Shown piece by piece: positions 18,117 through 28,055 of a DNA stretch of 57,091 nucleotides. The notes beneath the pieces are model-generated. The model did no database searches. It worked only from the letters and a program-made list of their open reading frames with translations, and was not told the DNA's origin. Location of the stretch: the sequence record SRR31156797_1079. The stretch is one strand, 5' to 3'. The position numbers were made by a program, and so were the translations under genes. Positions within the stretch are counted from its first letter, which is position 1. Each line of letters begins with the position of its first letter.

Positions 18117-19331
18117 GTTTAATAAAAGATACAAACCAAATTTCTTGTTCTGATAAGGACTTACAAGTGGTAAATAACCACTATACCATTTACCATCCTT
18201 CATTTTAAAAGGATATTCATCTTTCATTTTATTGTGAAAATCATCGAAAGATTCTTTGGGTTTAAAGTTGATTTTAAAAGCACCACATGAATCCTGATGA
18301 ATGTATTTATCGAGACAAATGGCTAAGGTTCCCATATTGTAACGCAGATTGATCTCCACACATGGATGAATTTTATTTTCACCATTTTCATCTTCAATAA
18401 TCATACAATCAACACCCAGATATCCACAGTAATTGTTTGCAATTTCTGATTTAGCTATCGCTTGAAGCATTCCATTGGAAAGTTCTTTCAATCTTTCTTC
18501 TGATAGGTAATTTTTTAGATCTGAAGGCATTCCACCAAGAATATTTCCATCGTACTGACCATTGGAATTGGTCTCAAAAAAACCAGGACCAAGGAATTCC
18601 AATTTTCCTTTTCCATCGCAATAATATTGCAGGGAGAAATCGAATTTCTTATTTAGTAAAGCCTCAACCATTACATACCCTTGAGCCTCAAGTGTGCCAT
18701 TTATCCATTGGGTAATGGATTCGTTCAAATAAGAATATCTTAATACTTGCAAACCTCTACCAGAGGAACTCCAGGGAGCTTTGATTATAATTTGTCCCCA
18801 TTCCTCAATCAAACTCTCTATTTCCGAAATCGTACGGCAAATACGTGCTTTCTTGTGTTCATCGAAATAACTTTTGTTGTGTTTTTTTAAGAAATCATTT
18901 AATACATGTAAAGCGGTTTGGCGGCTATACAATTCCTTGTGATTCTCCCTCCAGTAAGCATTGGGTTGATTCAAAAAAACATCGCTACAAAATGGCTTTA
19001 GATCTTTATAAATATGGTGTATTCTAGGACTCCAACCCCAGGGATGAAATTCAATTTCCGATGGTAGAGAAGAATTTGGATCGTTAAGTATATCAATAGT
19101 TTTAATGATGTTCGGGAATTTAAATCCTGCCTCAGATATCAAATCCATAAACTTTTGATCGGGCAACTGATGAACCAGCATCACATCATTTTCGGAGGCA
19201 AAGTACATGGGCAGCAAATCCAAATCCTGTTCGAATTTGGTTAATGTTTTATTAGGCATGTAGCTTACCGTACCATTCGATATGGCTATTTCACAGGTAG
19301 GATTATAAACAAATACTTTCGATACACTCAT
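18099..19331 (-). CDS. Conserved hypothetical protein, probable ATP-grasp fold
   Basis: PWGWSP, IIKAPWSSSGRG, GYLGVD and VEINLR resemble ATP-grasp motifs; TACTTTTG -7 box at 19356-19363 (minus). Confidence 0.7.
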   Translation of the reverse strand: MSVSKVFVYNPTCEIAISNGTVSYMPNKTLTKFEQDLDLLPMYFASENDVMLVHQLPDQKFMDLISEAGFKFPNIIKTIDILNDPNSSLPSEIEFHPWGWSPRIHHIYKDLKPFCSDVFLNQPNAYWRENHKELYSRQTALHVLNDFLKKHNKSYFDEHKKARICRTISEIESLIEEWGQIIIKAPWSSSGRGLQVLRYSYLNESITQWINGTLEAQGYVMVEALLNKKFDFSLQYYCDGKGKLEFLGPGFFETNSNGQYDGNILGGMPSDLKNYLSEERLKELSNGMLQAIAKSEIANNYCGYLGVDCMIIEDENGENKIHPCVEINLRYNMGTLAICLDKYIHQDSCGAFKINFKPKESFDDFHNKMKDEYPFKMKDGKWYSGYLPLVSPYQNKKFGLYLLLNKKEEA

Positions 19332-19409
19332 TATTCAATCTTATTATGATGCAGGCAAAAGTAGAAGAAATCTATCTATATTTGATTTTCTTTTCACAAA
19401 AATACCAGT

Positions 19410-20108
19410 ATGATTTTTCCAAAGCCACTTGTTCATGGTCGATTGATAAAAAGATACAAGCGCTTTTTAGCGGATATAGAATTGGATAATGGAGATGTTA
19501 TTGTGGCACATACCGCCAATTCCGGAAGTATGAAATCCTGTTTGGAAGAAGGGGCGGAAGTGTATTTAACACATGTAGATGATCCCAAACGCAAGACCAA
19601 ATACACTTGGGAAATGATTCAAATCAATAATGCATGGGTTGGGATTAATACTGCGGTTCCGAATGCATTGGTTTACGAAGCGGTAAAGAATCAGGAAATT
19701 GAAGCATTAACAGGTTACGATCATGTAAAGCGAGAGGTTAAATTTGAGGATAGCCGCTTTGATGTATTTGCATCGAACAGTGTAGAGGAGTGCTTTATTG
19801 AAGTAAAAAATGTAAGCCTGAAAGATGAGCAGTACGCTCGTTTCCCTGATGCCGTTACTACACGAGGGAAAAAGCATTTGGAAACCTTAATGCGTGTTAA
19901 AGAGCATGGCATGCGTGCAGTTATGGTTTACATTATTCAGCGAACCGATGTGGAGATATTTACTCCAGCCTTTGATATCGATCCCAATTATGCAGCAACT
20001 TTACAAAAAGCTTATGAAAGTGGAGTAGAGGTTTATCCTATTCGAGCAATAGTGAGTCCCGAAAAAATTGAATTGGGAGAAATATTGCCATTTAATTTAA
20101 CAAGATAA
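19410..20108 (+). CDS. sfsA: DNA/RNA nuclease SfsA
   Basis: KRYKRFLAD, HTANSGSM, SRFD, IEVKNV, FPDAVTTRGKKHL. Confidence 0.95.
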   Translation: MIFPKPLVHGRLIKRYKRFLADIELDNGDVIVAHTANSGSMKSCLEEGAEVYLTHVDDPKRKTKYTWEMIQINNAWVGINTAVPNALVYEAVKNQEIEALTGYDHVKREVKFEDSRFDVFASNSVEECFIEVKNVSLKDEQYARFPDAVTTRGKKHLETLMRVKEHGMRAVMVYIIQRTDVEIFTPAFDIDPNYAATLQKAYESGVEVYPIRAIVSPEKIELGEILPFNLTR

Positions 20109-20210
20109 TCCATGTTCTCTATCTATGATTGAAGAATAGTATGAGATATTAAATGATATAATTCGAATCTCATCGAAAAAAACTATTTTTGCCCCACTAA
20201 AATTTAAGAG

Positions 20211-20744
20211 ATGAACGAAAAGGCAAGAGAAGAGTTAGCAAAGTATCGTCAGTTGAGAGATGAAGTGAGTGAAATAAGTAAAAAATTAGCTGCTTTGCAT
20301 AAAGAGGAAATGGCATGTAAAAAAGGTTGTTCTGAATGTTGTATGCATTTTTCGGTTTTGCCAGTTGAGTACTTTAGCATATTAGATGAGTTGAAACAAA
20401 ATCCACCAAAGGAATATCGAGAATTGGATGAGGAGGCAGATGATTGCAATTTCTTAATTAATGATTTGTGTCAAATCTATCAATCCCGACCATTTATTTG
20501 CAGAACTCATGGTTTACCTCTATTATTTATGAATCAGGAAGGTGATGAATGGGAATTGTCAACTTGTCCTTTAAATTTTACCGATTTCGAAGAGTTTCAT
20601 AGTGAAAATACTTATCCGCAGGATACTTACAATAGCAAGTTGTTTCTGATTAATCAGGAATTTGTGAAGAATTATGAAGCTGAAAAATTCGGAGATTTTG
20701 ATATGATCTCAATAAACAGATTGGTGAAGGATCTTAAGAAATAA
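20211..20744 (+). CDS. YkgJ-family cysteine-cluster protein (CxxCxxCC-like)
   Basis: CKKGCSECC, CNFL, CQIYQSRPFICRTHG; TATTTTTG -7 box at 20184. Confidence 0.85.
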   Translation: MNEKAREELAKYRQLRDEVSEISKKLAALHKEEMACKKGCSECCMHFSVLPVEYFSILDELKQNPPKEYRELDEEADDCNFLINDLCQIYQSRPFICRTHGLPLLFMNQEGDEWELSTCPLNFTDFEEFHSENTYPQDTYNSKLFLINQEFVKNYEAEKFGDFDMISINRLVKDLKK

Positions 20745-20746
20745 CA

Positions 20747-20771
20747 AATACTCCTCATTATGAGGAGTATT
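20747..20771. terminator. Hairpin between convergent genes
   Basis: AATACTCCTCA-tta-TGAGGAGTATT perfect 11-bp stem. Confidence 0.75.
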
Positions 20772-20780
20772 GAATTTTAA

Positions 20781-21431
20781 TTATTTTCGAAGTTCTTCCA
20801 TATCAGCTATTGTTTCCTCTAGCTTTCTAAATATATGACCATAAATTAACTTGATATCTAGTTTGTATAATTTTCCACTAAATACAGTAATTAAAATAAG
20901 GAATACTGTTATAGGAATCATATACAAAATAGGTAAACCATAAACTAAATAAGTGTTTGGATCACTCATGATTTCATCAATCATTCGTTCCTTCATAAAT
21001 GGATCCATATCTGCATAAAACATACCTAAAATGACAGCTAAAAAGAGGATTGGATATATGAATTTAAAAATTTTCATGTACTGAGACATCACTTTTTTTA
21101 GCCAGTTATCAAATGCTATCAAATACTCATAACTGCTAAGACTGCTATCCAACTCTTCTAGTTTGTCAGTTTGTTTTTTTCCTATCCAAACTACAAGTAT
21201 AAGAGAACAAAAGAAACAGCTTCCAATAATTGGTATTCTCAGAAATATAGAGAGCAGTAGCATAAATGAAGCACCAATAACAATTCCGTATAAATTCTTT
21301 TTGCCCATTTTTTTAAACTGGTCTACCAAATGTTTCGATTTTTGATTGTATAAATTGTTAAGTTTTGGTACAACCATTGCTTCATTGTTTAAAAAACCTT
21401 CGTTCCATATAGATTCAATTGACTTTTCCAT
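20781..21431 (-). CDS. Membrane protein, putative anti-sigma partner
   Basis: About 4 TM segments; overlaps the ECF sigma stop; N-terminal 'IESIW' typical of such partners. Confidence 0.7.
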   Translation of the reverse strand: MEKSIESIWNEGFLNNEAMVVPKLNNLYNQKSKHLVDQFKKMGKKNLYGIVIGASFMLLLSIFLRIPIIGSCFFCSLILVVWIGKKQTDKLEELDSSLSSYEYLIAFDNWLKKVMSQYMKIFKFIYPILFLAVILGMFYADMDPFMKERMIDEIMSDPNTYLVYGLPILYMIPITVFLILITVFSGKLYKLDIKLIYGHIFRKLEETIADMEELRK

Positions 21432-21900
21432 GTAATATCTTTTTTAATCGTTCTTTAATTCTTTTAATTCTCACTCCAATGTTATTCGAACTTGTACCAA
21501 TAATGTCTGCAATTTCTTTATATGATTTTTCCTCCAGATAAAGCAATATTATCCCACGGTCGACTTCGGACAATTGCCTTATGGCATCATATAATTGATT
21601 TAGAGATTCATCTGCAAATGCATGAGTATAGTTGCTTGCCTCGTCAGGCATATAATCAGATGCAACATGCTGATGGTTCTTTTTCTTAAGAAGCGTTAAA
21701 CAAACGTTAAGTGTCAATCGGTAGATCCATGTAGACCATTCTGATTGTTCCTTAAAATTCTTATGGCTTCTCCAAATCTGCAAACAGACTTCCTGATAAT
21801 AATCTTCGAAATCTTCTTGTGTGTTTGTATATGCCCTGCAAATCTTAATAATGATTGCGGCATACGGTAAAATTGATGATGTATAAAAATCGTTACTCAC
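21415..21900 (-). CDS. ECF RNA polymerase sigma-70 factor
   Basis: GTG start; region 2 EDYYQEVCLQIW / STWIYRLTLN and region 4 SYKEIADIIG. Confidence 0.93.
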   Translation of the reverse strand: MSNDFYTSSILPYAAIIIKICRAYTNTQEDFEDYYQEVCLQIWRSHKNFKEQSEWSTWIYRLTLNVCLTLLKKKNHQHVASDYMPDEASNYTHAFADESLNQLYDAIRQLSEVDRGIILLYLEEKSYKEIADIIGTSSNNIGVRIKRIKERLKKILHGKVN

Positions 21901-22082
21901 TATAGTTTTTTCTTAGTTAGTGGTAGAATTGAAAGATTATTACACTCAATGGAATATTTTTTTTATCAAGTATGGAATCTTGATTCAAGATAAGTATTGT
22001 TGAGAAGATTTAGTTGGTTTATTTACTGTGAATTAGAGATCGTATTGAATTATTTAGAAGGAGGGGAATTATTTTTTACAAA

Positions 22083-23393
22083 TTATTGTAATTGGGGATT
22101 TTTAGCTTTTCCCGAGAATAGCAATAATAAAATGACTACGACAACTCCTGCATATCCAGCCAAGCTGTAACTATCAGTTAAAGTAAAAATACGACTAAAA
22201 AATAGAGGTGCTATTGCACTTGAAAATACAATTAGCGACATGGATAAGCCACTTATGGCACCCAAATGTTGTCTTCCATAAAAGCGAGGCCAGGTAATGG
22301 CAGCCAAAACAGAGAATAATCCACCCATTATTCCATTACCCAAAATAAGTATATAGTAACCTATTTGATATTGAAGTATTGCAACACCAAGGGCTGATAG
22401 GAGACATCCGAAAAGGTAGGCAATTAGTAGTTTTTGTAATCGAGTATAATCGCTAATAATATTTCCTACAATGGCAGTGATAATGGATATAATAGAAGCA
22501 GGAATAAATACGCCAAGTGCTTTTTGTTCTGAAAATCCACAGGACTCGAAAATAGAGATCACATTAAAGGTAAATCCCGTTATAAAAAAGGCACTAAAAC
22601 TTAAGCCTAATGCGAATACCCAAAATACCCAAGTACTTCTTGCTTCTTGCAAAGTGTACTGTTTTTTATTTTGAAAATCGGCATTGCCTTTTAATTTAGG
22701 TTTTAGTTTTTCACCATCAGGTATTAAGCCACATTCTTCCGGATTATCACGAAAGAAAACAAAAGCAAATGCCACAAAAAACAGCGTGAGTAGTGCTAGA
22801 ATTTGATAGGCAGTATTCCAATTGTAATCTGTGATAAGCATAGCAATAAACAAAGGAGAAACTGCAAACCCGAAGGATTGAAAAGCACTTGAAATGCTAT
22901 TTGCCAAACCTCTTCGTTGATCGAACCATTTCATGATCAGGTTACGGGAAGCCAGAGTTAAAACACCTTGACCAGAAAAGCGCAAAACGAAAAACAGAAG
23001 TGAAACAACAATGAATGCTATTGTAGAATATCCTAAATTAAAAATGTTAGATAAACTTAAAGTGATATTATTTGAGACAGAGAAGAGCATTAATGTGAGT
23101 GCCAAACCTAATGCGGCAATAATAGCTGTAAAACGAGCTCCGAATTTGTCATAAATTTTTCCAGCATAGGTCAGAAAAAAAGAGCTGGCAACAGTTCCGA
23201 TTAAATATGCCATACTTAGTGCATCTCTGCTTAATTGTAAGGAATCAATTAAGTAATCGGTGAAAACAGAAACTCCCATTGTTTGTCCGGGAATACTACA
23301 AAGCACGCCAAGTGTACCTGCGATCATACTTACCCATCCGTAAAAGAATGGAAATTTGGCTGGTGCAAAGGGAAAGTTCGGATTTCTTTTCAT
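22083..23393 (-). CDS. MFS transporter
   Basis: About 12 TM segments; KWFDQRRGLA and RFYGRQHLGAI. ATG 23393 preferred because the TAACTTTG -7 box lies at 23434-23441. Confidence 0.9.
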   Translation of the reverse strand: MKRNPNFPFAPAKFPFFYGWVSMIAGTLGVLCSIPGQTMGVSVFTDYLIDSLQLSRDALSMAYLIGTVASSFFLTYAGKIYDKFGARFTAIIAALGLALTLMLFSVSNNITLSLSNIFNLGYSTIAFIVVSLLFFVLRFSGQGVLTLASRNLIMKWFDQRRGLANSISSAFQSFGFAVSPLFIAMLITDYNWNTAYQILALLTLFFVAFAFVFFRDNPEECGLIPDGEKLKPKLKGNADFQNKKQYTLQEARSTWVFWVFALGLSFSAFFITGFTFNVISIFESCGFSEQKALGVFIPASIISIITAIVGNIISDYTRLQKLLIAYLFGCLLSALGVAILQYQIGYYILILGNGIMGGLFSVLAAITWPRFYGRQHLGAISGLSMSLIVFSSAIAPLFFSRIFTLTDSYSLAGYAGVVVVILLLLFSGKAKNPQLQ

Positions 23394-23588
23394 CAAGGAG
23401 ATTCTTAAAAATTCTAATTTGTGTAGGAGCAAGCAAAGTTAGAGGAAAGTAAAAGAATTGGCTTCAGAAATTGAGGTTATTTTATAATATCTTTCATAAA
23501 AAGTACATGGATACCTATAATTAGTCCAATGTTTTTATCATATATTGTATCTAGTTTTGATGTGTCAAAATTTAAAGAAAACAGAAGA

Positions 23589-23987
23589 ATGGAAAATTTA
23601 GGAAAATTAATTTTAAGATTATCAGTTGCAGGTTTAATGTTATTTCATGGCGTTGCAAAACTGATACATGGAATTGGTGGAGTTAAATATTTACTTGGGC
23701 AGGCAGGATTGCCACAGTTTTTATCTTATGGAGTTTATGTAGGTGAAGTTATTGCACCATTACTAATGATAATTGGTTTGTATACTCGAGTATCCGGTTT
23801 GCTAATTGCATTTACCATGTTGCTGGCTATTCCTTTGGCTCATCCTGATGGATTGTTTCAAATTACTGAACATGGTGGTTTGGCTATTGAATTAAGCGCT
23901 TTGTATTTGTTGGGTGCATTGGCAATTACATTAATAGGTCCGGGTAAATTTAGATTAGGAAATCAACGAGGGTTTTGGAAAGAATAA
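23589..23987 (+). CDS. DoxX-family membrane protein
   Basis: LILRL..GLMLFHG.AK, GEVIAP, GLYTR, GPGKF. Start moved to the ATG downstream of the TAGTTTTG box at 23552. Confidence 0.88.
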   Translation: MENLGKLILRLSVAGLMLFHGVAKLIHGIGGVKYLLGQAGLPQFLSYGVYVGEVIAPLLMIIGLYTRVSGLLIAFTMLLAIPLAHPDGLFQITEHGGLAIELSALYLLGALAITLIGPGKFRLGNQRGFWKE

Positions 23988-24076
23988 AATATAAGCTACC
24001 AGCTATCAGACGTAAGCTTGAAGCTGTAATTTACCAGTGTTAGTTGGATTTACTATAAACTACCAGACAAAATAAG

Positions 24077-24196
24077 AATGAGCCTGAAGGGCTCATTTAA
24101 TAATAGCCCGGGGCATTGCCCCGGGTAATTTGTATAATGTAAATTCGTTGCACGGTAATTTGTTGTTCAATGCATTTTTTTACTTATGCGACGGAA
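24077..24196. repeat. REP-like palindromic element (two GC-rich hairpins plus an imperfect long stem)
   Basis: AATGAGCC-tgaag-GGCTCATT (24077-24097), CCCGGGGCA-t-TGCCCCGGG (24107-24125), TTCGTTGCA...TGCGACGGA (24144-24195). Confidence 0.6.
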
Positions 24197-24329
24197 GTAA
24201 ATGTATTGGTAAATAACCGATAGCCTAGAATCTCATTTATGGAAGAAATTAAATTGTTGAATTAACAAAGCATTAAGACTAACAACTCAAAATAGATGTT
24301 ATTTTTGTACTACACATTTTGAGCTTCAA

Positions 24330-25682
24330 ATGATCAATTTCTTTACTCGTTTGTTTAAACGGGAACAACAATATTCAGCCGTAGGAAAAGAACTTTTCAA
24401 ATTGGCTGTTCCGATAATCGGATCTTACTTGCTTCACACTGCTTATAATCTTACCGATATGATTTGGGTAGGAAGTTTGGGTAGTAATGCAGTGGCAGCG
24501 GTCGGGTCTGCAGGTTTTTTTCTTCATTTGGGATGGGCGATGGCTTCCATCATTACGGTAGGAACAAATATTAAAATTGCCCATGCAGTTGGTGCTAAAG
24601 ATGAAAAATTAGCAGGACGATTCTCTACTTCTGGACTATGGGGTATTGCCTTTGTATCTGCCATTTTTATGGCTATTTTCTGGGGCTTTCCCGAAAAATT
24701 CATTCATTTCTTTCAAATGAAAGACCCTGAGGTGAACGAAATGGCAATTTCTTACCTGGTGATTAGCACTTTTGGTGTTATTATTAGTTATGTCAACCTT
24801 TTGTTTATAAGTATATTCAACGCACATAGTAAAACTAAAATATCCTTTAAGGCAAGTTTAATAGGTACAGCAATTAATATCGTTCTCGATCCATTACTTA
24901 TTTTTGGATTGTCTTTGGGAGTGGAGGGAGCTGCTTATGCTACAATTATAGGTCGTTCTTGTAGTTTGGTATATTTCTTCTTTATCTATAAAAAAACTGC
25001 TGGAATTAACTTTAGAGGATTCTTCCCAAGTACGCAAAAACTGAAAACTTTGTTTAAAGTTGGAACTCCTGCGGCTATTCAAAGAATTTCATTTTCAATA
25101 ATCTATATATTTCTTGCTCGTATTATTGCCGATTGGGGACCCAATGCTATCGCTGTTCAAAAAATTGGTGTGCAAATTGAATCGTTTACTTTCATGATTG
25201 TAGGTGGTTTTATGCAGGCAGTAACCATTATGGTAGGACAAAGTTATGGTGCAAAAAATTTAACTGAAGTTCCGAATATTTACAGAGCAGGATGGAGAAT
25301 GTCATTCGCTGTTGGTGCTGTAACAACACTTGTCTTTTTGCTAATACCAGAAACCCTGTTTTCTATTTTCGTTCCTGAACAAGAAAGTATTTTAATGGGT
25401 AAAGAATACTTGATGATATTGGCAGTGTCGCAACTGTTTATGTGTTTGGAAATGATTAGTGCTGGTGTATTTAATGGATTGGGAAAAACAAAAATACCGG
25501 CGACAGTTAGCGTAATATTTACTTCGTTGCGATTACCTGGAGCTTACTTTTTAGGATTTTATACTTTTTTAAGTTTGAATGGAGTATGGTGGAGTATAAC
25601 AGGAAGTAGTATCTTAAAGGGTATTGTTCTGTTTTTTCTCTTACGAACTTATTTTAAGAACAACACATTTGGAAAAATCTAA
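24330..25682 (+). CDS. MATE-family efflux transporter
   Basis: LAVP, YNLTDMIWVG, NIVLDPLLIFG, GAAYAT and GVWW motifs; 12 TM segments. Confidence 0.93.
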   Translation: MINFFTRLFKREQQYSAVGKELFKLAVPIIGSYLLHTAYNLTDMIWVGSLGSNAVAAVGSAGFFLHLGWAMASIITVGTNIKIAHAVGAKDEKLAGRFSTSGLWGIAFVSAIFMAIFWGFPEKFIHFFQMKDPEVNEMAISYLVISTFGVIISYVNLLFISIFNAHSKTKISFKASLIGTAINIVLDPLLIFGLSLGVEGAAYATIIGRSCSLVYFFFIYKKTAGINFRGFFPSTQKLKTLFKVGTPAAIQRISFSIIYIFLARIIADWGPNAIAVQKIGVQIESFTFMIVGGFMQAVTIMVGQSYGAKNLTEVPNIYRAGWRMSFAVGAVTTLVFLLIPETLFSIFVPEQESILMGKEYLMILAVSQLFMCLEMISAGVFNGLGKTKIPATVSVIFTSLRLPGAYFLGFYTFLSLNGVWWSITGSSILKGIVLFFLLRTYFKNNTFGKI

Positions 25683-25687
25683 ATACG

Positions 25688-28000
25688 ATGGATAATTTAA
25701 TCAACAATATAGCCGAAACTTTGTCTTGCGAAAGCATACGAGCAAGCCTTATTAATGGAAAGTTCGGCATCGAAAAAGAAAATGTACGTGTAGATAAAGA
25801 AGGGAAAATGGCACATACACCTCATCCAGGTATTTTGGGTGATAAGTTTCGACATCCTTATATTACCACTGATTTTTCGGAGAGTCAGGTTGAAATGATT
25901 ACGCCACCTTTGCATAGTATTGCGGAAGTTCATGGCTTTTTGGAGACTTTGAATGATGTTATTTCTGAGAATTTACATGATGAATTACTTTGGCCTCAAA
26001 GTTTGCCGCCTTTATTACCCGATGAAGATCAGATTCCTATAGCTCGTTTTGGTGAAGAAGGAGCTCATAAGGAAAAATACAGGGAAGAATTGGCGAATAG
26101 ATACGGAAAGGAAAGGCAAATGCTTTCAGGTATTCATTTTAATTTTTCACTATCTGGCAGATTGGAAAGAAAATTAAGAAAAGCTACCAAGTGGGAAGGT
26201 GATTTAGAAAGTTTCAGAGAAGCTGCATACCTAAAAATGGTTCGTAACTTTATGCGTTACCGTTGGTTTTTGGTTTGTTTATTTGGAGAAAGTCCGGAAG
26301 CAGATCCATCTCTAAAATTGAAGTCATTAAAGACTGGTGAGAAAATGAAAATGGGCTGCAGAAAAGCTGTATCCATTAGAACCAGCTCTGCCGGCTACAG
26401 AAATGCAGAAGAGTATTTTGTAGATTTTAATAGCTTGAAGGAATATAAAGAATCAATGAAATCATTGCTTGATTCGGGAAAACTAATAGTTGATGAGGAA
26501 TTGTATTTGCCAATTCGCTTAAAGTTTATACCTGAGAGTAATGAGTTGTCTCATGTTGAGGTTCGTATATTGGATTTAGATCCTTTTGAGAAATCGGGTG
26601 TATCTAAGAATCGCTTGTATTTTATGCACTTGTTTATGCTGTATTGCTTATTTAAAACAGAAGAAAACAGATACAATCCAGAGGAGCAAAAGATAGCTGC
26701 AAAAAATCACGATTGGGTGGCTTGTAGTGGAATGAAAGAGGATTTATTACTGAAAAATTTTGAAGGAGAAGCCACAAAAATTGATGCAATGCTTAGGTCT
26801 TTGCTTTCTGATATCAGAGAGTTTATTCATACTTCAGGAATAGGTGAAAATGAAGCTTATATGGCAGCTTATCATGAAGTGGAAGAAATGGTTCAGAATC
26901 CTGAATTGAGAGCTTCATTCAAAGTAAAACAGAAAATAGAAGAGGAAGGATTCATTAATTTTCATTTGAATCTTGCTAAAAAGTACAAGGAAGAGAGCGA
27001 AATGAGTGGTTTCCGTTTTCACGGATTCGAAGATCTTGAATTATCATCGCAATTGTTGATGAAAGCCGCTTTACGTCGTGGAGTTGAGTTTAGAATACTA
27101 GATAGAAGTGAGAATTTTATCAGTTTGCATAGAGGTGACAAGACAGAATATGTAATGCAGGCAACAAGAACATCCTTAGATAACTATTCGAGTGTTTTAA
27201 TGATGGAGAACAAATTGGTCACTAAAAAGATTTTGGAGAAAGCTGACATTCGTGTTCCGGGTGGTTTAGATTACCGTGATGCAAAACAAGCAAGATCTGA
27301 TTTTGATTTGTTTGAAGGAAAGGGAATAGTTATTAAACCCAAATCAACTAATTTTGGATTAGGGATTACCATACTGAAAGAGAATAACGATCAGGAAGTT
27401 TATAAAAGAGCTGTTGACATTGCCTTTGAGCATGATAACAGCATATTAATAGAAGAGTTTGTAGCTGGAAAAGAGTATCGTTTTTTTGTAATTGATGAAA
27501 AGGTGACTGGTATTCTGCATCGTGTACCTGCCAATGTAAAAGGAGATGGAGTAAATTCAATTAAAGATTTGGTAGCTGAGAAAAACAAGGATTCTCTTCG
27601 CGGTCGTGGCTATAGAACTCCATTGGAGAAGATCAGATTGGAAGAAGCTGAAGAAATGTTTTTAAAGGATCAGGATCTGAATTTTGATAGTGTGCCTAAG
27701 AAAGATCAAATTGTATTCTTACGTGAAAATTCCAACATTAGCACAGGAGGTGATAGTCTTGACTTTACGGATGATATTCATCCATCTTATAAGGAAATTG
27801 CATCGAAATCGGCAGAAGCATTAGGAGTAAGAATTACAGGTTTGGATATGATGATAGAAGATCTTTCAAAACCCGCTACCAAAGATAATTATGCCATTAT
27901 TGAGATGAATTTCAATCCAGCAATTCACATACATTGTTATCCATATCAAGGGAAGAATAGAAGATTGAATGAGAAGATATTGGATGCCCTAGGTTTTTAG
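25688..28000 (+). CDS. gshAB: Bifunctional glutamate-cysteine ligase/glutathione synthetase (GshF)
   Basis: GIEKENVRV, YITTDFSESQVEMITP, QMLSGIHFNFS; C-terminal ATP-grasp KPKSTNFGLGI, NSNISTGGD, IIEMNFNP. Confidence 0.93.
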   Translation: MDNLINNIAETLSCESIRASLINGKFGIEKENVRVDKEGKMAHTPHPGILGDKFRHPYITTDFSESQVEMITPPLHSIAEVHGFLETLNDVISENLHDELLWPQSLPPLLPDEDQIPIARFGEEGAHKEKYREELANRYGKERQMLSGIHFNFSLSGRLERKLRKATKWEGDLESFREAAYLKMVRNFMRYRWFLVCLFGESPEADPSLKLKSLKTGEKMKMGCRKAVSIRTSSAGYRNAEEYFVDFNSLKEYKESMKSLLDSGKLIVDEELYLPIRLKFIPESNELSHVEVRILDLDPFEKSGVSKNRLYFMHLFMLYCLFKTEENRYNPEEQKIAAKNHDWVACSGMKEDLLLKNFEGEATKIDAMLRSLLSDIREFIHTSGIGENEAYMAAYHEVEEMVQNPELRASFKVKQKIEEEGFINFHLNLAKKYKEESEMSGFRFHGFEDLELSSQLLMKAALRRGVEFRILDRSENFISLHRGDKTEYVMQATRTSLDNYSSVLMMENKLVTKKILEKADIRVPGGLDYRDAKQARSDFDLFEGKGIVIKPKSTNFGLGITILKENNDQEVYKRAVDIAFEHDNSILIEEFVAGKEYRFFVIDEKVTGILHRVPANVKGDGVNSIKDLVAEKNKDSLRGRGYRTPLEKIRLEEAEEMFLKDQDLNFDSVPKKDQIVFLRENSNISTGGDSLDFTDDIHPSYKEIASKSAEALGVRITGLDMMIEDLSKPATKDNYAIIEMNFNPAIHIHCYPYQGKNRRLNEKILDALGF

Positions 28001-28055
28001 ATCAATTCAAAAAATTAACTTTAGACTCATACAGATAATCTTCAGCCTCTCAAAC

